From Nitrosomonadaceae bacterium (GTDB lineage: Bacteria; Pseudomonadota; Gammaproteobacteria; Burkholderiales; Nitrosomonadaceae), in NCBI GenBank assembly GCA_947471695.1, contig CANIWY010000001.1, positions 7,448 to 71,447 of the forward strand: a stretch of 64,000 nucleotides of DNA. Direction: 5' to 3'. The position numbers and the translations under genes are program-made. Positions 41,776 to 55,451 of this stretch are shown here, piece after piece; position 1 is the stretch's first letter, and every line of letters starts with the position of its first letter. A model generated the notes under the pieces. It ran no database searches and was not told the origin of the DNA. It saw nothing but the letters and a program-made list of their open reading frames with translations.

Positions 41776-42795
41776 TTATTCCGAATCGATGCCCTCGGCC
41801 TGCCCAGCAACCCCCACTGCAGCACGAATTTTGGCCTCAATCTCCTTTGCTATCTCGGGATGCTCTTTCAAATATTCGCGTGCGTTATCCTTGCCCTGAC
41901 CGATTTTTTCACCATTGTATGCATACCAAGCACCCGACTTGTCAACGAGCTTATGCACCACCCCCAACTCGACAATCTCACCCTCACGAGAAATACCTAC
42001 CCCGTATAGGATATCGAATTCGGCTTGTTTAAATGGTGGAGCAACCTTATTCTTGACTACCTTAACTCGGGTCTCGCTACCGATTACCTCATCGCCCTTC
42101 TTGATGGCCCCAATGCGCCGTATGTCAAGACGTACCGATGCGTAAAACTTAAGTGCATTTCCACCGGTAGTCGTCTCCGGGTTGCCAAACATGACCCCGA
42201 TCTTCATCCGTATCTGATTGATAAAAATCACCATCGTATTGCTGCGCTTGATATTGGCGGTGAGTTTGCGTAACGCTTGAGACATTAATCGCGCCTGCAA
42301 ACCCATTTGCGGCTCACCCATCTCGCCCTCGATTTCCGCTCTCGGTGTCAATGCCGCCACCGAGTCTATTACGACCACATCCACCGACCCGGATCGCACC
42401 AACATATCCGCTATTTCGAGTGCTTGCTCCCCATTATCGGGCTGTGAGATTAATAACTCTTCTACATTAACCCCAATCTTTTGTGCATATTGTGGATCCA
42501 GCGCATGTTCAGCATCGATGAATGCGGCCGTACCACCCACCTTCTGCATCTCCGCAATCACTTGCAGCGTAAGGGTGGTCTTACCAGATGACTCAGGACC
42601 GTAGATTTCTATTACCCTCCCTCTCGGTAGCCCGCCCACACCGAGCGCGATGTCAAGACCTAGCGAACCAGTAGAGACCACCTCGATATCCTTAGCGACA
42701 TCGCTCGCACCGAGTCGCATAATCGAGCCCTTACCAAATTGCTTCTCGATCTGGGAGAGTGCCGCTGCCAATGCCTTACTTCTGTTCTCGTCCAT
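41776..42795 (-). CDS. recA: Recombinase RecA
   Basis: Walker [11 protein letters not shown] and full-length RecA identity pattern ([22 protein letters not shown]...). Confidence 0.98.
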   Translation of the reverse strand: MDENRSKALAAALSQIEKQFGKGSIMRLGASDVAKDIEVVSTGSLGLDIALGVGGLPRGRVIEIYGPESSGKTTLTLQVIAEMQKVGGTAAFIDAEHALDPQYAQKIGVNVEELLISQPDNGEQALEIADMLVRSGSVDVVVIDSVAALTPRAEIEGEMGEPQMGLQARLMSQALRKLTANIKRSNTMVIFINQIRMKIGVMFGNPETTTGGNALKFYASVRLDIRRIGAIKKGDEVIGSETRVKVVKNKVAPPFKQAEFDILYGVGISREGEIVELGVVHKLVDKSGAWYAYNGEKIGQGKDNAREYLKEHPEIAKEIEAKIRAAVGVAGQAEGIDSE

Positions 42796-42932
42796 GGTCT
42801 TATCCTTTTAAGTATCTCTCGAATTATCGCACATGCGACTATGCTCGGGAAGGCGAGGAAAGGGCTGATTTGCCACGAAATACGCCATCATTTCTCTTAA
42901 ACTGAGACGGTCTTATGCCCCGCCCTAGTCAT

Positions 42933-43451
42933 TCATGAAGAGAGAGGCGGGCTGTCGTGCAACAGATCTACCACCCCTTGCAACGCCACGAACACCGCTT
43001 GCCTTCTTATAGACTCGCGATCGCCGCCAAAGTAGTGCGTTGAACTACGGGTCAGCCCATCTCTCATTTTCCAGGCAAAGCAGATCATGCCGACAGGCTT
43101 TTCCTCGGTTCCCCCGTTAGGTCCAGCAATTCCGCTAATCGCTACTGACACCTGTGCACGACTGTGAGTCAGCGCACCTGCCGCCATCTCCTTCACGGTC
43201 TGCTCTGATACTGTTCCGTGTTGTTTCAATGTTATAGCGCTTACCCCCAGCATCTCCTGCTTTGATGCAATGCTGTAAGTGATAAATCCTCTCTCATACC
43301 AGTCCGAACTGCCCGATTTTGCGGTGATTGCTTGACCCAGCCAACCACCGGTACAGGACTCTGCACTGGTTAGCATGAGTCCTCGCTGGACCAAGTCTAT
43401 ACCAACATGACCAGCAAGCATTATCAGTGCTTGGTCATCCTTGTTGATCAT
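42933..43451 (-). CDS. pncC: Nicotinamide-nucleotide amidohydrolase (CinA C-terminal domain, PncC)
   Basis: The SAESCTGGWLGQAIT and AISGIAGPNGG motifs. Upstream of recA, as is common. Confidence 0.85.
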   Translation of the reverse strand: MINKDDQALIMLAGHVGIDLVQRGLMLTSAESCTGGWLGQAITAKSGSSDWYERGFITYSIASKQEMLGVSAITLKQHGTVSEQTVKEMAAGALTHSRAQVSVAISGIAGPNGGTEEKPVGMICFAWKMRDGLTRSSTHYFGGDRESIRRQAVFVALQGVVDLLHDSPPLSS

Positions 43452-43472
43452 GGTTTCTCATCGTATGCTGCG

Positions 43473-44027
43473 TCAAAATGGTGAAAATGCCTTCCATGCC
43501 GCCAAGCAAAGTAGAGTATAGGCGGCGGCCAGCAGGTCATCGAACATCACCCCGAAACCACCCCTCAATTTCCTATCATAATAACGAATCGGCTGCGGCT
43601 TGAAGATATCAAATAATCTAAACAATAAGAATGCAAATGCCTGCCATATAAGATTATTAGGGGTAAATAGCAGTACCAACAAAAACGCAACAATCTCATC
43701 CCACACCATGCCGCCATGGTCATGGCTGCCAAGCGCCTTCCCGGTGACACTACAGGCCCAAATGCCAATAAGGAAGAAGAATCCTATACATAACAAAAAG
43801 CTACTCAGTCCAAGATACTGACTCATCAACCCGAATATTGGAAGCGCAGCGATCGTTCCCATGGTCCCAGGCGCGGCTCGATTTAAGCCCGCCCCGCCCC
43901 CGAATGCAATGAAGTGTGCCGGCCTCCTCGTCACAAACCCCCAATTAGGAAGCGGGTTCACAGATGCGGCAAAAGATAGCGACTCGGTCCCAGGTGTGAG
44001 CTGGTCGTCAGGTCCGGAAGTGGTCAT
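43473..44027 (-). CDS. pgpA: Phosphatidylglycerophosphatase A
   Basis: FGGGAGLNRAAPGTMGT...DHGGMVWDEIVAF...FRLFDIFKP is the PgpA signature. Its 5' end overlaps the thiL 3' end by 20 nt. Confidence 0.88.
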   Translation of the reverse strand: MTTSGPDDQLTPGTESLSFAASVNPLPNWGFVTRRPAHFIAFGGGAGLNRAAPGTMGTIAALPIFGLMSQYLGLSSFLLCIGFFFLIGIWACSVTGKALGSHDHGGMVWDEIVAFLLVLLFTPNNLIWQAFAFLLFRLFDIFKPQPIRYYDRKLRGGFGVMFDDLLAAAYTLLCLAAWKAFSPF

Positions 44028-44988
44028 AGCCTCTTATTGCCATCTCAACCGACTTACCGGACTCGTCCAGCACGAACAACCCCCCCCCCTGATTTATACT
44101 CCCGATTCGGGTCAGCGGGATCTCAACTTCGCACGAAAGAGATTCGACGTCTCCGCGCCTTGCGATTGGTACAGTAAAACAAAGCTCATAATCGTCTCCA
44201 CCTGCCATTAAGCAACTAATCGCTGTCGGGTGAGGAAGGTGTCTCTGCATCACCGCCGAGCACTTAATTGCGCTCATCTCAATGGTCGCCGAAACCTTGG
44301 ATTGCTCCAGAATATGACCCAAGTCTGCCAGTAGGCCATCAGAAATATCAATGGCGCTATGAGCAAGACCGATCAACCGTTTTCCTAAAGCTATCCGTGC
44401 TACGGGCGTATTCAATGCTGGCAGACAGCACGAAACCTCTTCTGGATCGAGTGCAATCTGCTGGCGGGTGTGAGCAATCACTAGCGCTGCATCGCCTAAT
44501 TGACCAGATATCCAAACATCATCCCCCGCTTTAGCCCCGCTTCGCCTCAAGGCCTTCCCTATTGCTACTTCGCCAATGATTGTCACACAGATGTTTAGTG
44601 GCCCTCGGGTAGTATCTCCCCCGATAAGGCCCACCCGATGCTCGCTCGCCAACCCAAAAAACCCTTCTGCAAACATTTCAAGCCAGCGGCCACCCGCATT
44701 CACAAAAGATTCGGGAAGTGCCACCGCCAGCATCGCCCACCGCGGGGTAGCTCCCATCGCGGCCATATCGGACAAATTAACAGCAAGGGATTTATATCCA
44801 AGTTGCCGCGGATCAGCATCGCCCGCAAAGTGCTGACCGGATACCAGCATATCGGTGGAAATTGCCAGCTCCATCTCTGCAGATGGCTTGACTAAGGCCG
44901 CATCGTCCCCCACACCGAGCACAGCGCCGGGGGAGGAGCGTGTAAAGTAGCGCTGAATGATATCAAATTCGGAGAGCACTCTTTGCAA
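44008..44988 (-). CDS. thiL: Thiamine-monophosphate kinase
   Basis: SEFDIIQRYF...GVGDDAALV...STDMLVSGQHF is the AIR-synthase-like ThiL pattern. Confidence 0.92.
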   Translation of the reverse strand: MQRVLSEFDIIQRYFTRSSPGAVLGVGDDAALVKPSAEMELAISTDMLVSGQHFAGDADPRQLGYKSLAVNLSDMAAMGATPRWAMLAVALPESFVNAGGRWLEMFAEGFFGLASEHRVGLIGGDTTRGPLNICVTIIGEVAIGKALRRSGAKAGDDVWISGQLGDAALVIAHTRQQIALDPEEVSCCLPALNTPVARIALGKRLIGLAHSAIDISDGLLADLGHILEQSKVSATIEMSAIKCSAVMQRHLPHPTAISCLMAGGDDYELCFTVPIARRGDVESLSCEVEIPLTRIGSINQGGGLFVLDESGKSVEMAIRGYDHFRT

Positions 44989-44997
44989 CCCCAGATG

Positions 44998-45468
44998 TCA
45001 GTTAGCTATTTTTACCTCGGGAGAACGCATCCTGGCCGCTAACTTATCCAGCACTCCGTTCACGTACTTATGCCCGTCACTACCACCATAAGTCTTGGCC
45101 AGTTCCACGGCCTCATTGATTACTACTCGGTACGGCGTCTCGGGGTGGTCTGATAGTTCATAGGCGCCTAGCAGTAAAATAGCGAACTCTACCGGGCTAA
45201 GCTCTTTAAGGGGTCGGTCGAGACAGGTCTGGATCTGTTGTTCCAGCTCTACAGATTTGGCCAGACCGCCACGTAGCAGATCTGAAAAAAAATCTTGATC
45301 GGTCTTAGCAAACTCCTTTCCATCTCTCAGTTGAGCCTCAATTACTTCAACAGCCCCTCCAGCGACCCGCCATTGGTAAAAGCCCTGCATGGCTAACTTA
45401 CGCGAACACCGGCGGGTTGATCGTCCTGGTTTTTTTGTAGCCTTCGTTGCCGGATCGTTCTGTGTCAT
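44998..45468 (-). CDS. nusB: Transcription antitermination factor NusB
   Basis: [15 protein letters not shown] and [13 protein letters not shown] motifs. Conserved ribH-nusB order. Confidence 0.93.
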   Translation of the reverse strand: MTQNDPATKATKKPGRSTRRCSRKLAMQGFYQWRVAGGAVEVIEAQLRDGKEFAKTDQDFFSDLLRGGLAKSVELEQQIQTCLDRPLKELSPVEFAILLLGAYELSDHPETPYRVVINEAVELAKTYGGSDGHKYVNGVLDKLAARMRSPEVKIAN

Positions 45469-45947
45469 TGACTTATTTCGTCGAGTTGTCGCAAAAGATT
45501 CGCCATTTCAATGGCTGCCTGCGCAGTCTCGATACCCTTTATCTTCATTCGTGAGAGTGCATCATCCTCATTTTCAGTGGTAAGTATGCCGTTCGCAACA
45601 GGGATGCCCGTATCCAGCTGAACCGCTGCCAATCCACTAGCCGACTCATTCGCGACCACTTCAAAGTGATAAGTGTCCCCGCGTATGACCGCACCCAGCG
45701 CTATCAAGGCATCAAACTGATCCGTCAGCGCCATCTTTTGCAGGGTCAGTGGAATTTCCAACGCACCCGGAACGGTTACCAGCAACATGGCCGACTCCTC
45801 CACCCCACATTTAATTAGTTCTGCCGTACAGGCGCCCAGCAGACCCTCACTGATATCAAGATTAAATCGGCTCATGACTATACCAACCCGTAATCCAGCT
45901 CCACCGAGCTCGGTTTCGAGCTCAAGGATGTTATCGTAGCGCGCCAT
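45465..45947 (-). CDS. ribH: 6,7-dimethyl-8-ribityllumazine synthase
   Basis: VGIVMSRFN...VPGALEIP...[16 protein letters not shown] 45947 has GGAG 6 nt upstream; the track ORF begins at an upstream TTG (45959). Confidence 0.93.
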   Translation of the reverse strand: MARYDNILELETELGGAGLRVGIVMSRFNLDISEGLLGACTAELIKCGVEESAMLLVTVPGALEIPLTLQKMALTDQFDALIALGAVIRGDTYHFEVVANESASGLAAVQLDTGIPVANGILTTENEDDALSRMKIKGIETAQAAIEMANLLRQLDEISQ

Positions 45948-46008
45948 AATTACTCCCAATAAAATTAACTTTAAAAGTGTTTCGCCGACTTAGATGAGAA
46001 TTGGTCAA

Positions 46009-47130
46009 CTATTTCAGTTTTTTATTTTCAGGTGTCAAGTATCCCGCCACTTCAAGACCAAAACCCATCATGCTTGGCATTTTCCGAGGAACAGCGAGCA
46101 GCCTCATCTTTCCCACATTCAGGTCTTTCAGTATCTGAGCTCCGATCCCATAGCCCCGCAAATCTGTCCTAGCAATCACGGGTGGACTAGACTCTGTTCG
46201 TGATGCCCGTTCCAGCAAGTCTTCCGGATTTTCCCGTTTATAAAGCAGCACTATTACGCCGCAACCTGCATCGGCAATGACTCTCAAGGCCTCGTCGATG
46301 CTCCAAGAGTGAGTGTCATCACTGATATCCAGCAGATCGATTACGGAAAGCGGTTCATGTACCCGGACCAGCGTTTCTATCTCTGGGTTGATCTGACCCT
46401 TGACCAGAACAAGGTGAGTTGCATTGATCGTTTTGTCGAGGTATGCGAACAAACGGAACTCTCCATGAGCCGTCTGAATAGTACGTTCTAACATGCGACT
46501 CACTAAGCTCTCGGTACGACTGCGGTGCTGAATTAGGTCGGCGATCGTTCCTATCTTGAGTTGATGCTTTTCGGCAAATTGGATTAAGTCTGGCAAACGC
46601 GCCATATTGCCATCTTCCTTCAGAATTTCGCAGATCACGGTCGCGGGTGTGAGGCCTGCCAGTCCGGCCAGATCGCAACCCGCCTCGGTATGGCCCGCTC
46701 TTGCCAAGACTCCACCATTTTGCGCCATCAGCGGAAAGATGTGTCCAGGCTGGATGATGTCCTCTGGTTTAGCATCGACCCTTGTCGCCTCCCGCACTGT
46801 ACGTGCCCGGTCCCCCGCCGAAATTCCGGTCGTAACACCACTTGCAGCCTCTATCGAGAGCGTAAAATTAGTCCCCATTGGGGATCGGTTGGTGGTCACC
46901 ATCAGAGGCAGGTTAAGCTGACGACAATGCCCTTCAGTCAATGTTAAGCAGATCAGTCCTCGACCATGCGTGGCCATGAAGTTGATTGCTTCGGCCGTAA
47001 TGAACTCTGCCGCCATGACGAGATCACCCTCATTCTCTCGGTCCTCTTCATCGACCAGAATTACCATTCTGCCGGCTTTAACGTCCGCAACAATATCTAG
47101 GATGGGGCTTATTATCATGTCAACCCGCAT
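46009..47130 (-). CDS. ribBA: Bifunctional 3,4-dihydroxy-2-butanone-4-phosphate synthase / GTP cyclohydrolase II-like protein
   Basis: The [11 protein letters not shown] and [13 protein letters not shown] motifs, plus a C-terminal cyclohydrolase II-like half. The alternative start ATG 47118 lies 1 nt after the ribE stop. Confidence 0.9.
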   Translation of the reverse strand: MRVDMIISPILDIVADVKAGRMVILVDEEDRENEGDLVMAAEFITAEAINFMATHGRGLICLTLTEGHCRQLNLPLMVTTNRSPMGTNFTLSIEAASGVTTGISAGDRARTVREATRVDAKPEDIIQPGHIFPLMAQNGGVLARAGHTEAGCDLAGLAGLTPATVICEILKEDGNMARLPDLIQFAEKHQLKIGTIADLIQHRSRTESLVSRMLERTIQTAHGEFRLFAYLDKTINATHLVLVKGQINPEIETLVRVHEPLSVIDLLDISDDTHSWSIDEALRVIADAGCGVIVLLYKRENPEDLLERASRTESSPPVIARTDLRGYGIGAQILKDLNVGKMRLLAVPRKMPSMMGFGLEVAGYLTPENKKLK

Positions 47131-47755
47131 CCGCAGTTAGTTTACTGCTCAGTATCTGCTCTACATATCGGGCCAACATATCAATCTCCAGATTCACCTT
47201 GGAACCGTCTTCAAGTTGGCACAAGTTCGTCACCGACTGTGTATGGGGGATAAGATTCACTCCAAACTTCCCGGCACTTACCCAGTTCACCGTTAGACTC
47301 ACCCCGTTCACCGTAACTGAACCCTTTTTAGCTATATATTTTAGTAATGACTCTGGCACCTTAATCACTATCAGACAGCTCTCCCCTACTAACTCAATTT
47401 TTGTGACTACGCCGATATCATCCACATGACCGCTGACCAGATGCCCACCCAGTCTGTCCGACAGTCGTAAGGCCTTTTCCAGATTGACACGCACAATACG
47501 ATCTAGTCCATGGGTACATTTCAGCGTCTCGCGAGATAAGTCTACTGTAAATCTTCCGTTCATCAGCGTAGTCACGGTGACACATACGCCATTTACCGCA
47601 ATGCTGTCCCCAATCTTGACGTCGGACAAATCCATCCTGCCCGGCTCTATGACCAGCCGTATGCCGTCTGTCATCCCTCCCCCCAAATTGGAGTCGTTTA
47701 GGGGCATGACTTGTTTTATCTCGCCGATAGCTTCAATAATTCCTGTGAACATCAA
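47120..47755 (-). CDS. ribE: Riboflavin synthase (alpha chain)
   Basis: [10 protein letters not shown] is the canonical N-terminus, followed by the duplicated lumazine-binding barrel ([13 protein letters not shown] / [12 protein letters not shown]). Confidence 0.93.
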   Translation of the reverse strand: MMFTGIIEAIGEIKQVMPLNDSNLGGGMTDGIRLVIEPGRMDLSDVKIGDSIAVNGVCVTVTTLMNGRFTVDLSRETLKCTHGLDRIVRVNLEKALRLSDRLGGHLVSGHVDDIGVVTKIELVGESCLIVIKVPESLLKYIAKKGSVTVNGVSLTVNWVSAGKFGVNLIPHTQSVTNLCQLEDGSKVNLEIDMLARYVEQILSSKLTADAG

Positions 47756-48080
47756 ACCCTATTTATTTTAAAGATACGGCCATCTCTCGCCGTATATAAC
47801 AGTACATTACCACCCAAACCGATTACTGCAGTGTGTGATCGAAGCGGAGTCTTGATATAGAATTGCAAATTGTGACGAGTTCAATCTATGTTTTCACTTT
47901 TCGCCATTGTAGCGATTTCATGAAGTAAACATGTAAAGTTTTGAATCCCGGTTAGAATTCATAACGCCCATACTTACCCTGATGACAACATGTGCGGCAA
48001 TTTGCCACATGGCTGTAAATTGGAATATCAGATAATGTATGGTTTAAATTCTGACATTAAGCTCTTCTACATAATTACTT

Positions 48081-49349
48081 GTGATGTTCGGTAATCTCGG
48101 TCCATCCCCACTCGGCAAGAATCTGCAGAGATTATTCCTTCTCAGGAATATTGCACTTGTAGCGCAGTGTCTGACCTTTGGACTGGCACATTGGGTGCTT
48201 GAAATACAGCTTCCCTGGTCGGAAATGCTGTCCGTTGTTTTCTTTCTCTCCCTCGTTAATCTCGCGACATGGGTCCGTCTGCATCGTAACTGGCCGGTGT
48301 CCAGTATTGAATTTTTTACACAACTATTGGTTGATGTCCTCGCGCTTAGTGCCTTGTTGTATTTCAGCGGGGGTTCAACCAATCCATTTATCTCGCTCTA
48401 CTTGCTCCCGCTGACGATTGCCGCCGCGATTTTGCCATGGACCTATACCTGGATTATGGCGGCCATTACGATTGGTCTTTATACGTTACTTTTATTTTAT
48501 TATGTGCCGCTACCACATGATCATAGCGAACATACCAATGAATTTAATCTGCATGTGTCAGGGATGTGGTTGGCATTTGTTTTAAGCACCGTTTTGATCG
48601 CCTGGTTCGTTGTCAAAATGGGGATATCAATTCGTGAACGTGACAAAGATCTAGCATTAGCACGTGAGCAAGCCCTTCGCAACGAGCAGATCATTGCACT
48701 GGGAGCCCTCGCAGCGGGAGCCGCTCATGAGCTCGGCACACCACTCGCAACCATGGCAGTCGTCATTGGTGAGCTACAAAAGGAACAACTTGAAAACACC
48801 GAGTTTCAGCACGATATAAAAATACTTCGCGATCAGATCGTGCAGTGCAAACGAACCCTGACACAATTATTGGCAGATGTTGGTCAGACACGGTCGGAAG
48901 ATGGCAGCGGTCAGGCGGTTGATCTCTTTTTACAACAGATTTTAGATAAATGGCGTCTGATGCGCCCCATGGTTAAATTTACTTATCACTGTAATGGGTT
49001 GCAGCCTGCCCCTCAAATTATTGGCGCCCAGTTGCTTAGTCAGTCTATTTTAAACTTGCTCAATAATGCTGCAGATGCTTCTTTAGACCGCATTGAAATT
49101 GAGAGCAGTTGGAATCATCATGAGCTGCTCCTAGAAATCCTTGATTATGGTAAGGGCCTGAGCGAGGAGACTGTACAGCGTGCGGGCCAAGCCTTCTTCA
49201 CCAGCAAGCCTGGTCAGGGGCTCGGCATTGGCCTATTTCTCGCTAATGCAAACATTGAACGGTTCGGCGGCAGTGTCCGCCTCACTAATCGTGATGAGGG
49301 CGGTGCCAGCACTCAAGTTAGACTACCTCTAATTAAAACAACTTTATGA
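48081..49349 (+). CDS. regB: Redox-responding sensor histidine kinase, RegB/PrrB/ActS family
   Basis: Multi-TM N-terminus containing the GGSTNPF (GGxxNPF quinone-site) motif. H-box AAGAAHELGTPLATM, a downstream Cys in the QCKRTL redox-box position, and an HATPase_c domain. Confidence 0.82.
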   Translation: MMFGNLGPSPLGKNLQRLFLLRNIALVAQCLTFGLAHWVLEIQLPWSEMLSVVFFLSLVNLATWVRLHRNWPVSSIEFFTQLLVDVLALSALLYFSGGSTNPFISLYLLPLTIAAAILPWTYTWIMAAITIGLYTLLLFYYVPLPHDHSEHTNEFNLHVSGMWLAFVLSTVLIAWFVVKMGISIRERDKDLALAREQALRNEQIIALGALAAGAAHELGTPLATMAVVIGELQKEQLENTEFQHDIKILRDQIVQCKRTLTQLLADVGQTRSEDGSGQAVDLFLQQILDKWRLMRPMVKFTYHCNGLQPAPQIIGAQLLSQSILNLLNNAADASLDRIEIESSWNHHELLLEILDYGKGLSEETVQRAGQAFFTSKPGQGLGIGLFLANANIERFGGSVRLTNRDEGGASTQVRLPLIKTTL

Positions 49350-49903
49350 CAAACCTTCCTGAAACAAAGTCCATTGATGATCATCCAACGCTGCTGATTG
49401 TTGACGATGACCTGACCTTTTGCGAAGTGCTGTCCCGTGCCATGACCAGACGTGGTTTTGACGTACATTGTGCACATACAGTTGAACAAGCAAGCTTACT
49501 TGCCGAGACCTACTTACCCGAATATGCAACCATCGACCTGCGTCTTGCTGGCACCTCTGGACTTGTCCTTGTTGAGAGGTTGCGGGCTCTAGATTCTGGC
49601 ACACGCATAGTTATGTTAACCGGCTATGCCAGCATTACCACCGCGGTCGAAGCAATCAAGTTAGGTGCAACTCATTATCTTGCGAAGCCGGTCGATGCAG
49701 ATGAGATCATGTCCGCATTTGAGCGGACCACCGGAGATGCTGAGGTGCCGATTAGCACACACCCCCTATCGGTTGGCCGCCTTGAGTGGGAGTATATCCA
49801 GCGGGTGCTTAATGCAAATCAGGGTAATATCTCGACCACCGCTCGCATACTTAATATGCATCGCCGCACACTTCAACGTAAACTCACTAAGATTCCGCGA
49901 TAA
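49346..49903 (+). CDS. regA: Response regulator, RegA/PrrA/ActR family (REC + Fis-type HTH)
   Basis: LLIVDDD...DLRL receiver domain and the C-terminal NISTTARILNMHRRTLQRKL HTH characteristic of RegA/ActR. Overlaps the regB stop (ATGA). Confidence 0.85.
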   Translation: MTNLPETKSIDDHPTLLIVDDDLTFCEVLSRAMTRRGFDVHCAHTVEQASLLAETYLPEYATIDLRLAGTSGLVLVERLRALDSGTRIVMLTGYASITTAVEAIKLGATHYLAKPVDADEIMSAFERTTGDAEVPISTHPLSVGRLEWEYIQRVLNANQGNISTTARILNMHRRTLQRKLTKIPR

Positions 49904-49905
49904 AC

Positions 49906-50994
49906 TCACTGCCCAACCCGAGCAATGATTCGAATATCTGTCCCGATCATACGCAAGTTTCTTATCCTCAGAACATGCCTGCCCGATAGGTTCTGTAGCT
50001 CCGGCAGTCTCAGCATTCCCTGTGCTGCGTCGCCAATTAAGCACGGCGCAAGATAAATTATCAGTTCATCCACTAACCCCTCCCTAATAAGGGATCCACT
50101 CAACTTACTACCCGCCTCAACCAGGAGCTCATTGACCTCATAATCGGCGAGCTTGTTCATCATTTTGACAAGGTCTACTCCGCCACTCTCATTGGCCAGC
50201 ATAATTGGATGAGCGCCTACATTCCGTAGAGCAGAAATTTTCTCCTCACTGGCATTTGCCGTAAATATCAGCTCCCCCTCCCCCCGTAGCATTCTGGTCT
50301 CTGGTTCAATCTCCAGCCGACTATCCACCACGACCCTCAATGGCTGCCGGGGTGTTTCTACATCTCGTACTGTAAGTTGTGGGTTGTCTTTTAGAACTGT
50401 ACCGATCCCCGTCAAAACCGCACACGATCGCGCGCGCCATCGGTGACCATCGCGCCGCGCTGGTTCGGAAGTGATCCACTGGCTTGCGCCATTCTTAAGT
50501 GCCGTCTTACCATCGATACTTGCTGCTATTTTCATCCGTACCCATGGGCGATTCAGCGTCATCCGAGTGACAAAGCCAATATTAAGAGTCCTCGCTTCCT
50601 CCTCCATCAACCCCGTCTGAACCTTGATCCCGGACTTCTTCAATAATTCACATCCTCTCCCCGCTACCAATGGATTGGGGTCATTCATCGCTATCACCAC
50701 CTTATCAATCCCGGCCTTGATTATGGCCTCGTCGCATGGCGGGGTCCTTCCATGATGGCTGCACGGCTCTAACGTAAGGTAGAGGGTCGATCCCCGTGCC
50801 GCTGTCCCAGCAAGTTTAAGCGCATTTATTTCGGCATGTGGTTTACCCGCTTTCTCATGCCACCCAGAACCAACCACCTTACCATTGTTGACTATTACAC
50901 ATCCCACCCTGGGATTAGGGCTCGCGCTATACAGTCCCTTCTCTGCAAGTTGAAGTGCTTGCGCCATGTAAATATGATCAGATGATGAAAACAT
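49906..50994 (-). CDS. ribD: Bifunctional diaminohydroxyphosphoribosylaminopyrimidine deaminase / 5-amino-6-(5-phosphoribosylamino)uracil reductase
   Basis: Deaminase motifs HAEINAL and TLEPCSHHGRTPPC, then the reductase domain. Confidence 0.93.
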   Translation of the reverse strand: MFSSSDHIYMAQALQLAEKGLYSASPNPRVGCVIVNNGKVVGSGWHEKAGKPHAEINALKLAGTAARGSTLYLTLEPCSHHGRTPPCDEAIIKAGIDKVVIAMNDPNPLVAGRGCELLKKSGIKVQTGLMEEEARTLNIGFVTRMTLNRPWVRMKIAASIDGKTALKNGASQWITSEPARRDGHRWRARSCAVLTGIGTVLKDNPQLTVRDVETPRQPLRVVVDSRLEIEPETRMLRGEGELIFTANASEEKISALRNVGAHPIMLANESGGVDLVKMMNKLADYEVNELLVEAGSKLSGSLIREGLVDELIIYLAPCLIGDAAQGMLRLPELQNLSGRHVLRIRNLRMIGTDIRIIARVGQ

Positions 50995-51063
50995 TAGAAT
51001 ACTTCTAAAGAGGAATGACCCTTCCAGAGATGAAATGATCGAAATGAGATTAGTTTCTTTTGT

Positions 51064-51543
51064 TCAGGATTTTTTTTCTGCCTTTTTCTGTTGGGGTCTT
51101 TGAGCCTCCTTGATTGCGTCATGGAAGTCATCTGCATCTTGAAAGCTTTTATATACCGATGAAAATCGGATATATGCCACCTTATCGAGCTTGTAGAGCT
51201 CTCTCATTACCATTTCACCAATTTTACGAGATTCAATCTCGCGCTCACCCAAACCCAGAATTTTTTGTACGATGCGATCTATCGCCGCATCCACATATTC
51301 TGTCGGAACTGGTCGTTTATGTAGCGCCCGCATGAAGCCGGTAAGTAACTTATTGCGGCTAAACTCGGAACGATTGCCATCCTGCTTCACCACCTGCGGC
51401 AATCTCAGCTCTACTGTTTCATACGTCGTAAAACGCTTTTCGCAAGTAAGGCAGCGGCGGCGGCGGCGAACTCTGCTGCCCTCCTCGCTGACACGAGAAT
51501 CGATAACGCTTGTATCCTCGGCATTGCAGAAAGGACATTTCAT
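51064..51543 (-). CDS. nrdR: Transcriptional repressor NrdR
   Basis: The [17 protein letters not shown] zinc ribbon plus an ATP-cone. Confidence 0.95.
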   Translation of the reverse strand: MKCPFCNAEDTSVIDSRVSEEGSRVRRRRRCLTCEKRFTTYETVELRLPQVVKQDGNRSEFSRNKLLTGFMRALHKRPVPTEYVDAAIDRIVQKILGLGEREIESRKIGEMVMRELYKLDKVAYIRFSSVYKSFQDADDFHDAIKEAQRPQQKKAEKKS

Positions 51544-51628
51544 ATATTCAGTACTTAAGAGGGGTTGCGGAATTAAGCTCTCCTCGCAACAACCCGCATC
51601 CGTCGGGTTCTATCTTGCGGAGGGTCTA

Positions 51629-52876
51629 TTAATTACCATAGACAGGGAATTTCTCGCACATCCTCTTTGCCTCCTGTGCTACGCGCATTAACACATTTGA
51701 ATCGGTGGGCGCATCCAACACATCCGCGATTAAATTCGCCAACTGCTCGGCCTCAATTTCTTTAAACCCTCTTGTCGTCATTGCCGGTGATCCAATACGA
51801 ATACCGCTGGTAACAAAAGGCTTCTGTGGATCATTCGGTATTGCATTCTTGTTAACCGTAATATGCGCAAGCCCTAACGACTCCTCAGCCTGCTTACCCG
51901 TAATATTCTTTGCTTGAAGGTCCAGCAAAAACATATGACAGTCTGTACGTCCGGAGACTATCCGTAACCCTCGGCGCTGTAATACTTTTGCCATTACCCG
52001 GGCATTATCGATCACCTGCTCCTGATAATCCTTGAACTCTTTAGTTGCCGCCTCTTTGAATGCAATGGCCTTAGCGGCAATCACATGCATCAATGGCCCC
52101 CCTTGGGTTTGTGGAAAGATCGCCGAGTTGAGCGCTTTCTCGTACTCTGGTTTTGCCATAATGATGCCACCACGCGGACCCCGTAATGTTTTATGCGTTG
52201 TGCTGGTGACAAAGTCTGCGATCCCGACAGGATTAGGATAAAACCCAGCCGCCACCAGCCCTGCATAATGTGCCATATCTACAAAAAGATAAGCCCCTAC
52301 ACTATCGGCAATTTCGCGAAAGCGTTTCCAATCTATCACCAATGCATAGGCTGAAGCGCCGGCAACAATCATTTTTGGCTTATGTTCATGAGCCAGTCTC
52401 TCGACCGCATCGTAATCCAGCTCCTCATTGGAATTGAGGCCATATGCAATTGAGTTAAAAATTTTACCACTGAGGTTTACTGACGCCCCATGAGTTAAGT
52501 GTCCTCCGTGTGCTAGCGACATACCGAGGAGCGTATCACCTGGCTTTAGTGCGGAAAGGTAGACCGCTGCATTGGCTTGTGAGCCAGAGTGCGGCTGGAC
52601 GTTGACATACTCCGCATTAAATAACTTTCTCACCCGATCTATTGCAAGCTGTTCCACCTGGTCCACATACTCACATCCGCCGTAGTACCGTTTTCCAGGA
52701 TAGCCCTCGGCGTACTTATTGGTCAGAACAGACCCCTGCGCCTGCATTACCGCGGGGCTCGCATAGTTTTCTGACGCAATCAGCTCGATGTGATCTTCTT
52801 GACGCTGAATTTCTCCCTTGATCGCCTGCCACAAATCCGGGTCAACGCTTTCTATGGTGTTTTTTGCCGACAACAT
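51629..52876 (-). CDS. glyA: Serine hydroxymethyltransferase
   Basis: [18 protein letters not shown] and the PLP site [14 protein letters not shown]. Confidence 0.97.
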   Translation of the reverse strand: MLSAKNTIESVDPDLWQAIKGEIQRQEDHIELIASENYASPAVMQAQGSVLTNKYAEGYPGKRYYGGCEYVDQVEQLAIDRVRKLFNAEYVNVQPHSGSQANAAVYLSALKPGDTLLGMSLAHGGHLTHGASVNLSGKIFNSIAYGLNSNEELDYDAVERLAHEHKPKMIVAGASAYALVIDWKRFREIADSVGAYLFVDMAHYAGLVAAGFYPNPVGIADFVTSTTHKTLRGPRGGIIMAKPEYEKALNSAIFPQTQGGPLMHVIAAKAIAFKEAATKEFKDYQEQVIDNARVMAKVLQRRGLRIVSGRTDCHMFLLDLQAKNITGKQAEESLGLAHITVNKNAIPNDPQKPFVTSGIRIGSPAMTTRGFKEIEAEQLANLIADVLDAPTDSNVLMRVAQEAKRMCEKFPVYGN

Positions 52877-52974
52877 TTTGATTTCAATCCTTTGTTTTAT
52901 GAGATAAGTCTAGGGGAATTTCATCACCATCGGTAGCGGTTTACAGAGGAATCCAATCTTCGGAACAATGAAAT

Positions 52975-55404
<2,430 letters not shown>

Positions 55405-55451
55405 TTATTCTGGTTTAATTTGTTTATGTTTTCTTGTTTTTGTTATTTATT

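Noticed and set aside
41503-42009. A 168-aa plus-strand ORF antisense to recX/recA. Similar long shadow ORFs occur at 6563-6925, 32992-33432, 43861-44211, 54111-54551, 59586-60017 and 61489-61920.
   Set aside because: Each lies wholly inside a strongly supported conserved gene, on the opposite strand or in another frame. Their translations are low-complexity (R/P/S/A-rich) with no recognisable motifs. Such open frames are an expected by-product of codon bias.
47756-48080. A possible FMN (RFN) riboswitch upstream of ribE in the 325-bp spacer.
   Set aside because: On neither strand did I see the conserved RFN core segments that I recall from memory (for example GGTGAAATTCC-type strands). The only structure noted is a simple 7-bp hairpin.
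52877-52974. A possible ZTP (pfl) or THF riboswitch in the glyA leader.
   Set aside because: The minus-strand leader lacks the CGCCTGGGC-type 3' element and other conserved cores that I recall for these motifs. The spacer is only 98 nt and AT-rich.
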